A stretch of 64,000 nucleotides of DNA from Antedon mediterranea (taxonomy: Eukaryota > Animalia > Echinodermata), in assembly GCF_964355755.1 (NCBI RefSeq), contig NC_092677.1, positions 14,716,101 through 14,780,100 of the forward strand. Direction: 5' to 3'. Made by a program: the position numbers and the translations under genes. The notes below the pieces were generated by a model, which worked only from the letters and a program-made list of their open reading frames with translations, was not told the DNA's origin and ran no database searches. Below, in pieces: positions 54,377-64,000 of the stretch (its first letter is position 1; each line of letters opens with the position of its first letter).

Positions 54377-56183
54377 TTAACATTTACATTTTCCATCAGA
54401 TTTATTTATTATTTACCATTTTATATCTTATATGCAAAAACTTTGTTGCTGAAATGATTGTATTGTCTGTCAAATATTATATATGTACCACAAAATACCT
54501 GTATGCTCATATTCCCAGATTCTGTGGAGTGGCAGTAATAATAGACATATTATTCATCTCAATGGTAATTTTATCAACTATTGAAACTGTTGAAATGAAA
54601 GGGTTAAATAAGGTGAAAAACTTCAACCAGATCTTTCAAATATCACTCAATGCTTATGGGGAGTCAAGAGTACTTTTGGCACTCCCTTGATAAGCTTTCT
54701 TTACTTTAGATAAGTACTGATATTGTTCCAATTTAATATAATTCCAACAATTGTCATTTTCTGTTAATTAATGGTTGATAAAATTTTACTACAAGTATTA
54801 TTAGTATGTTTTTGTATAGTTTAGTAGCTTGTTTGCTGTACTCTCTACATTGTTGACCTATATTTAGCCAAGGAGTACACACTTTCAGGTCATTTGACTG
54901 TAGGCTTTCACCAGCACTTTCATCTGTCATCACCTCTCCATTGTTGCTTTTTTAGGCTAGGCAACTCTTCCATTCTCTTCCATCTTCAGACATTAAATCA
55001 TTACTTTGCCAGGGTTATGATAACATCAGACATGGTTCCAAGGTTTTCTAAAACATGCCTTTCATCTAGAGTGTACAGTAGAACAACTATTCAGATTTAG
55101 AACAACAGATAGTGTTATTCTTTCAACACACTACCCCAAATACTGTATATTTACTCATTCACCTTTGACCCCACCGAAACACCAAGAAGTACTGTACGTA
55201 ACACAACAATATTTTATGTCTAGATAAATTTACTATTAAGTATGACTTGCTTCCATTTTCATGTTCATTGTACACTTGTAAGTATTACAAACATTGATAA
55301 ACCTTTCAGTTTCTTTATTAAAAAACTATTGCTTTAGTTGTCTCTAGAAGAATCTTCTCATAAATCTTTCGGCTGATCTTTGAGATGGTCATTTCTCCTA
55401 CATCATCATTTACATAGTTACATTTGTTTATTATTACATCCACTTGCTGAATATTGACCTCAGAAATCATCTGCTTTGATACTCATTTTTACCTCATATA
55501 AACAGTGGCATTTTTTATGGTATACAAAGTTCCTGGATGTTTATTCTACAGCAAGACTATGTTTGTAGCAAGTGAATGATTGTCCATATAAAAGCAGCAA
55601 CAATATTATGTTGTCTGTCTACCATCTGCTCACTTTCGATGAGGGTGCTATGTTCATCAAATTATATTGTTTTGTTTAATTTTTATAATCTATATAGTTT
55701 CTTCTTCTGGTGGGCAACTATAAAATTGAAATGGGTAAAATTCAAACTTTTTTATGAAAGTGCAGCTCGTAAAGTTTTAATATTCCATTTTTTATTTTGT
55801 TTTTCCCTGTGTTTAATAATAGTCATGAGTAATTCTCTTAATCTCTTTATAAAATATCTTCTTTTGTTGTCGCATAAAACTGGTGATCTGAAACGCGTAA
55901 GCTGGTAACACCATTGAGATGTTAATACCTGGTATTAGCTTTAATGGATTATTGGATAAAGAGATTTATTGGAAGAAAGTCCATGAATTACTGGTCATGT
56001 CTTTTGCGGTAATTTATCGTGTCAAAAAAACAGAGTATTCCTTCTTTGACAGTTTCACATTTAGCTTTGGTAAATCATTGTCACATTTAAGCCAATAATA
56101 ATGTTTTTAAAAAAGATATGTCTTCAGTTCACCTCTTACAAACCATGTAACATACAAAAGTTTGCAGACAACAATCTAGAGAG

Positions 56184-56227
56184 CATGGAGGAAATATACA
56201 GTATATACAGTATATATTTCCTCCATG
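56184..56227. mobile_element. 44-bp mini-MITE, P-element-like termini
   Basis: Perfect 15-bp TIR CATGGAGGAAATATA / TATATTTCCTCCATG, flanked by a perfect 7-bp direct repeat TAGAGAG (56177-56183, 56228-56234). Confidence 0.8.
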
Positions 56228-56440
56228 TAGAGAGTTAGTAGTTTTATTCTAGAGGGCACATTCAAGCACATACTATACAAATTAAATTGGGAAAACTTTA
56301 ACATTTTAACCACTTTTGTTAAATGTTTGATGTAACTTTTTAACCTTCGTCTCTGGAAACAAATTCCCTATGTTTAAACATTTAACATATGACGAAATAA
56401 AATGAATCTGAATCTGAAATAAAACTGTGTTTGAAGTTAA

Positions 56441-56958
56441 AGCCCCATTCCCTACGTTTTTTAGATCTAATTTAAGATCACAAACTATATTTAATGTAAA
56501 AATAATACTATATGATCCTATTGCGATAACTTTTTTCGTCTTTAAACGGTTAAAAATGTGAAAAATAAGTCGATTCTAATAATTATAGCGGCCCGCTATA
56601 AATCCCAAAATGCATTGCGCGCGGATTGATATTTTTGTTTTTCACCTGTAATTCGCCCACTTTTCGATCGATCGTGAGGCCAAAACAAATGGAAGACTCC
56701 TAACTTTTCAGCGAAAATAACGGGTTTCCCCCAATTTGTATCAACGGAGTCTGACTAAGCCTAGCTAGGCTAGGCCTAAGACCGTCCACGAGAGGTCGAT
56801 CGCCGCGAGCTACTTAGGTAGTGCATTGTTTCTCACTTTCTATCATAATTTACCATAAAACGTACATTTAAGACAAGGAATGACATGGTTTAATGTTTTT
56901 AAAGTGATATATATGTATTATTTTCCAAAAAACGTCCAAAATTGCAGGGAAGGGGTCT
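56441..56958. mobile_element. Kolobok-like non-autonomous element (MITE), copy 2, 518 bp
   Basis: Same termini and orientation as copy 1, with a perfect TTAA duplication (56437-56440, 56959-56962). The flanks are unrelated to those of copy 1. Confidence 0.88.
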
Positions 56959-59900
56959 TTAACTTCGAAGAAGTTTGTATGTTGAACATTTTAAATATAT
57001 ACTGTATATTGATTTGTTTGTAAATTTCCACCTTCAGGATACCAACTGTTCACAGAAGGCCACAGAACTCCCAATGGGACTCATATACAGGAATCTTCAT
57101 TAATTTCTTAATTTATATTCCTGATGTATAACTTATGTTGGATGACAAAGTTTTTCACACATCGGATCCTACCAGAAATATGAATTATCACCTAAATTTA
57201 AACCATCATTTAGAATGACTAAACACAATATTAAAACCAAAAACTTTAGGTACCATGTACTGGAGTAAATATATTTTGTTTACTCTTTAATTTTTATACA
57301 ATTAGTTAGCAAGCTTTTTGAGGATAATGTTTATTGCTGAATAAAACATTAAAACAAACTAACTAAACTAAGAGTAGGCCTACTGCAGTAGAATAATTTT
57401 TACATGATCCCTTAAACTTGATGAAAATACAGTAATTATTAGCACATCTTTGTCGGTCGGTTGCCTGCCTTTCTATTCAACCGCATTCTTCTCATGCATT
57501 TTGGTTTATCTCTTTAATCCAATGATTCATCAAAATGCTTGAGAAAATAATATAGCTTTTCCACTTAACATAGATTTTCATGATGTTATACTTGAATGTA
57601 ACATGTTTTTATAGTTACTGTATTGAATGGAACCAGTCCAGTGTTTTTTATTTCAATTACAAATATATCAGATTGTAATTATTGTTTTAATGTGCAATGT
57701 ATAATATTAAGAGGAAAGTTGTAGCAAACCTGATCATCCAAGCAGGACAGGATTTACCAAATGGTTTTTTTAAGGGATATTATACCTAGAATCTCTCCAA
57801 AAAATATCTAAAAATAAAACATATCAGTGACATCAACACTATAGAATGCATTTCAAATCTCTTCAGCAAGGCACATTAGTGTTTGTTACTAGTATGCAAC
57901 ACTTAGAAAAGTAAAAATCCTTTCTTTTCATACTCAGAATCATTTATCGACATAATTGAGTTGCTTTAAATTGTCTTTCATGCTCGTTATCCCTTCGTTC
58001 GTTCGTAACAGTATATCAAAATCTCATTTGTGATACCATACTTGCAATTGAAAATACCGACGTCCAATTATAGAATACAACTTTTTATAATGATCCACAC
58101 GCTATGCATGATTTACATTCTTTATAGATATATATTTTCTTTCCTCAATGCTCCTATCTTTTTAATTGATTTTTTTCCTGTCAATTCTCCTATTTAAAAT
58201 AGCGATGCTATAGGTTATAAACTGGAAATACTAGATTGACCTGAATTTTTTTGTTGTAGCAATATTCTGTTGTAATTAGTCAGTATGCTGATCCATTAAA
58301 GGGAAATTATTAGGTACGCCATCCGAAAAGACTTTTTAAAAAGAATTATAAATGGAACAGATGTCTTTTAAATACCTGTAATTAAATCAGAAATGAACAA
58401 GATTAATTTGTCACTCAGCACCTTTTTCATGGTCTATACATCCTGGCAATTGTTTTTCCATATTAGCAGTAGATCAGTTTCTCAAAATGACAGTACAATT
58501 AATAAATGTACTTGTTCCTTTATTAGGTTATTAAATGCTTTTAATTTTTACTGGCTTTGTCCTTCTGTCATGGTCATGTACAGATTATTTCCACAATTTG
58601 CACGGTTGGAGATCCGGTAAATTCTTCTGGAAATAATTCATGATAAAAAGTTGTAGACAATTAATAAACATAAATTAAAGCAATCAACCGTGTGTTTAAT
58701 TAAATATCATGGTCAGGTTGATCTGTGAAAAGAACACATTAATTTACAACCATACTTTTTTTAACAAACGTTATAAAATAAGCCCCCTTTTTATAAATTG
58801 TGCAAGGATTGTTTGCTGAAGATTACTGTACTAAGATTGAGTGAGAAAATAGCTGTTAAAATTTATTTATCATTTAATGTTTTGAAGTTTTTTAGTAGTA
58901 TGAAAGCATTATAAATCAATTTTTCACTTCACCATTAATATAGCACATCAAATTTCTATTTTCAAAACTTACTTTTATAATATTACTGAATTAGTACTGT
59001 AGTTAACAATATCATCTAATATTTGAAAAGATTATTAGAACTTGCAAAATTCAGTTGTAATTTATATTTGTGCAAGAGCTGGTGGTTTTCAACTGCATTA
59101 TTTAAGTGTGATTCTCTAGCATCTAAGCTTTTCTTCTCAACGACGCCCCTGGGACGCCTCATCGCACTAGTGCTAACGTAATTCTACTCATAATATCTGC
59201 TGTAAGTTATGGGAATGTTCATACATACTCATCCATATTGTGACTGCCAATAACGAGTTTCAGTAAAGTTATCGGTATGGTAACGACCTAATTGAAGGTC
59301 ATTTACAGGTTCTTGAATATGATTTTAAGAAGAATATAACGATAATGACCAAAAAAAGAAAAGAAATTATGTTTAGTCTTAAAAATTGAGGGGATCTTAT
59401 AATAATATAATGAAGATCTGAACCTTTCGCTATAAAATTATGAATCAGAAAACTGAATTTAGTATTGGGATATGTATCATATACTACCAGACCACCACAC
59501 AATTTTATGTTTACCTTATGTTTCTAAAAAAAAACATTTTATTACACTGAATTTTCAGCATTTTATCACAATGTTAATATCATTTATTTTCTTTTTTGTT
59601 AAAAACAGAATTCAATAACAATCAAAAAAAGGCAGAAGACTAAAAATGCAAAATCCGCCTCCAACTAAAAAAGTAGGAGAAAAGTTTTGATCAAAGAATC
59701 ATAAAAATAACCAGTTAGTTCTAGTTTAAAGAGTAAAAGTTTAAACACAGACAAAAATGTGTGTTATGTGTCACTGATATTTGTTTGATTAAAAAAACAC
59801 AATTTCTAATATAAAGCCTTCATTATTCTAGTATCTAATACTTCTTTGGTGATGAAGAATGATTTTCATTGAAATCTGTTGTTGGAGATAGATGTGTAGT

Positions 59901-62040
59901 CAGGTTTCTCATAGGTTATCAGACGTGTTAAGGAAAATATTCTTCAATTCTCTAAAAGACCTAGATTTCAGTGACATATACACAGAATGTAGCAAGTATA
60001 TGATCGATGGATTAGAATACAGGTGGTGCCTGAAAAATAGACTTATCTGTTCTAAAAGTTACTGACCTGTTACTTTGATCATTGTTTAAAGTTATATTGA
60101 AAGGAAGTTACAATCAGGTTGAATGATATAACATTCTGGAATGCAAGTCCCAAAGTGATTGTTCATTTCTCTACTACCAAGGAACTATAATAGAGCGATT
60201 GTCATAATGAAGAAATCGAATAGGAACTCTTTTCCCATCTGTGGTTTAAACAGAAACTGGGAAAAAACAATCCACTTTGTCGAAGTTTCCTTAACTCTAA
60301 GGAAATGCGTATCGTATACCTAAAGACAAGAACACATTCTGACCTCCACCTTAGTATTAACTACAAAAACACTAAATAAAACATTAAAAACCAGTTAACA
60401 TCGCACACATTATTTGTATTCTACAGAAAAGAAACTCTAGATTAAATACTGTACAGTATTATATTTTGACCGATAGCAATAATTTATTCATATTAAGTTA
60501 GCTATGGTATGTAACATCTTGTAGCATAATGATAATTAAGGCATGTAGCTGGCCCCTTGGTATTTCGAACCACAGACTTAACAACTTGGGTATTTATTGC
60601 AGTGTAATGTAAGCTGGCATTAAATGACCCTTATGTATCACCTATCATCAGTTGTAAACTACTATTAAGTATAATTTGTAGAAGCATGTTCTCTGTTACA
60701 CTACAAAGTGTTCATTTCCAGAATTCTTGCCACATTTCTGCTGACTTTTGATTTTTCTTCAACAGAAGTGACTCCTCTTTGACGAAAGTTCAATTTTCTT
60801 TGATTAAAGCAATACATTATATATTATACTAAAACCAATACAACGATTGATATCTTTGATAGAAAATATTGTTTTTTCATGGTTGCTCAAAAGCAAATCA
60901 AATGTGAAATGTATTTAAATGACAGTTTTGACATATATTTCATCTATAATTAAAACAATCCATCATATAATCTTAATGTAATTACTATATAATAATTTGT
61001 GAGGAAACGTAGGGATTTTGTTGTTTCTTTTATGAATTTCTTTTTTTAATCAATTAAATTTTTATTTACCTGTAGTTATATCCTATATATCTAAATTATT
61101 ATCAAATTGCTAAATATTACCATATATCAACTTGCAAAATTAACATTCTTTGCTTAAAATACTATTTTCAGCGCAGTTGTCAGCAGGTATTTTTCCCCAA
61201 TATACCTTTAGTTTAGTGCCTCAAAGCCTTCCCAACGGCTTATTGTCACATCACTGGTTGGAATAGCTTACTTTCCAATCATTCCAATCCAGTTGAACCC
61301 ATTAAATTGAAGATTACTAATGCATCAGACATGGCTATCAAACAGGTAAAATCATTCAGGTAAATTCGAGAGATTAACCCAGCCTGCAGGAGTCCAAGGC
61401 GCTAGCCATCAAACATCACTAGTGTTATGGGAACCTGATTAACAGGTGGCCTGCACGTTAGTCAGCCAATTTTATCCTTCAGTACCTCTGCTATTTTTAT
61501 AATGTGTATGTTTTGGAACATTTTCAGTAGTATAGTTTTGCTTTCTTAGCTAGGCACTTGTTTGTTTTTCTTGGTAGTCCATACATCACCAAAACTTCAT
61601 TCTTCTTACCATAATATTACTTCTTAATGTCGAACATAAAACCAAAGTTTATAGCTGCTTTTATCACAGGTTGATGAAAAACATATGATACACTGTAATG
61701 AAAACATATTTATGTTGTTGTTTTAAAAGAGCACCTAATATACTAATTATTTGATAACTTGTTGCAGGCCATGATTTTAACTATTACTTTCTACGTTATT
61801 GCTATATGATTTTAAAAATAAGGAACGTTGCACTAAAAGCGAGTACTAGAAGACAATATACTAGAATTGAGCTGGGTTGTAGTCAACTTTTCTTGAATTT
61901 CTAAGTGTGTTATTGCATTGTTAAGGGTATTAACCGAGGAAGCCATGTTTAAGACCGATTTATCTTCATCTATAAAAGTACTGGAAGAGTAGTAGAACAC
62001 TTATTATAATCTACACGATCCACTTTAATACAATAATTCT

Positions 62041-62064
62041 TATATATATATATATATATATATA
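62041..62064. repeat. (TA)12 microsatellite
   Basis: Read directly from the sequence. Confidence 0.95.
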
Positions 62065-64000
62065 GTTTTTTAATACAGGGTGATGTATGAGAATATAACA
62101 TTGGCTCAATCAAACTCTGTAGTTTGCTTTGTTTTTTGTTTGTGTTAAAGTCAACAACCAGATTAATATTATAAAACTCAGGTCAAGAAAATCACATTCT
62201 GATTTTAACAGATCTGTTTAATAAAATATGGTAAATTCTTTTATTATTTTCATTGGTTCAAAAACAAGATATCATCAATCAAATAATTATTAGATAGTTT
62301 AATATGATATTATTGAACACACATCTGTGTGTCAATTTGGCAGGATCGCCCACACAATGTCACATTTGAAGGATGAGGCATGCATACATTAATGTCATAG
62401 TGATACATTTTATTTTATAACTCTTTATATTGAAATGAGTGTGCAATGTAAAAGTTGATGAATTATTGAGGGCGCTGTCCAATATAGAATTTGCAACCAA
62501 TTCTGTAAAACTAAATCAAATGAATTAAATTTTGAAAATTATAAATATTGATATCAAAAGTGATAGTAAGGTAATACATTAGAAAGATTAAGATAAATAC
62601 TTAAAGAAAAGAGAGACTTAAGAAAGGAATACAAGAGTACTTGAGAATCTGATGAATAGTCAGATGTTTTTAATAAATAAAATTAGTATGTAGTAAGAGT
62701 TTAGTTTACTTGCAGTAGAAATGGAAAGAATAAAAAAAAAATTGAGATATTTGATTATTTAAAAGAAAACACGAATGATAATGGAGCTGTTATAATAATA
62801 ATAAGAGTTATATGTAGTGAGATTATTTTGACTTTGCTGTACTTTTTGTAGGAAAGAGAGGAGAGGAGAAAGAGACATTAATAGTTGTTTATTATAGCAA
62901 GAAGAAGACTAAGGTGTTAGCAAATATTGAAATAAATAAGTATGTCTTAAGTTGTTGGTTTACTTTAAGAAATGAAATCGATTGAGTTAAGAAGATGTCA
63001 GTTTACTTATGGATTTAGTAGAAGTAGTACTTATCCTACTTTTGGCCATCATTATCATTATCCTTTTTATTGCAGCAACATATGGACTTGGATTGCTAAA
63101 TAATCAACTGCCTTTGTTTGTGAAACTCTCCCACCCATACATAATAACTAATTATATACCTTTATTAACCAATATTGTATTATTATGATTGTAAAATGAT
63201 GATGATAAAACGTAAGACTTATTTGAAATAGTATAAAAAGTGTTGTCTAAATTGTTTGAAATGTAAAATGCTACAATATGTGATTTACAATTTTATTAAA
63301 CTCTTTCCTCATACTATCTGTACATTAAACAATTATGTACTACCAATATGATAGTAAAACAAGTCTAGAAAGTGAACAGATAGTATATAAAGTACTTATT
63401 TTTATATCAACTGAAATCAACAACAGTTAGGCAGAGTAAAAAAGAGGCATGATAAGGTTCTTCATACGATATCATTGGGTTTTTTTTATAGAATAATTCA
63501 TTGTAAAACAACTTTTTTTTAAATTTTTATTTTATTTTGATTTTACTGACATTTTTTCTGAATTATAAAATCCTGAATCCAGCTATTAAAGTAATTAACC
63601 AAAATCAAGAACTTATTTATTGGACTTAATTTGGACTATTCCTTCTTTCTTTGTATATTGTACTACGAATATGTCTAACAAGTTTAAAATCACTGGGTGG
63701 ATATTTCATTAATAACATACACACATGGCATATCAATTTCCTGTAATTTTCACATTTGAAAATTAGCGACAATTATTCGTCAAAATTCTTGACATCTCAA
63801 TAAATAGACCTATTTTCAGGTTAGTGACCGATTTACTTGGACAAGTAGGCAAACCCTTGGGATATGGTATAAAACTCCAGGGAGGTATTTTTGCAATTTA
63901 TAGTACTTAGCTGTAATCTTGCATTTAGTGAAATTTCCTTTACTGTATTTCTGATGGTCAGTGCACAGTCATTGGTTTCAATTGTGGGCATAAAATGGTA

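Noticed and set aside
54298-54690. Longest ORF (130 aa) as a possible transposase or membrane protein
   Set aside because: It starts inside the MITE and runs across its boundary into flank. It has no motifs, and its F/I/L/Y bias reflects AT-rich DNA.
1-64000. Prokaryotic-type system (operon, defence island, CRISPR, retron)
   Set aside because: There are no long ORFs. Spliceosomal introns, SINEs and MITEs show that this is animal nuclear DNA.

Overview
This is AT-rich (roughly 30% GC by eye) eukaryotic, intron-like DNA, most likely from a marine invertebrate. That assignment is inferred from a Nin/Deu-type SINE and the repeat landscape. The only protein-coding sequence I can support is two + strand exons (37997-38121, 38444-38603). 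They splice in frame into the first Ig domain of a Roundabout (Robo)-family receptor. The domain is unusually compact and is substituted at positions that matter for Slit binding in vertebrates. No Ig2 exon is visible in the following ~25 kb, so that part is probably one very large Robo intron, and much of the upstream sequence may be intronic too. The rest is a repeat landscape: a G-rich minisatellite, a 1.28-kb TIR element carrying a satellite-like array, a (TA)n-embedded tRNA-like cassette, a Penelope-type minimal hammerhead ribozyme, a full-length SINE with its empty site next door, two Kolobok-like TTAA MITEs carrying a ZNF143-type motif, and a 44-bp P-like mini-MITE. TACAGTA/TACTGTA heptamers are in strong excess and look like Tc1/mariner excision footprints. 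Apart from 38399-38656, which contains the second Robo exon, I consider the ORF-track ORFs spurious. I found no evidence for a new multi-gene system.
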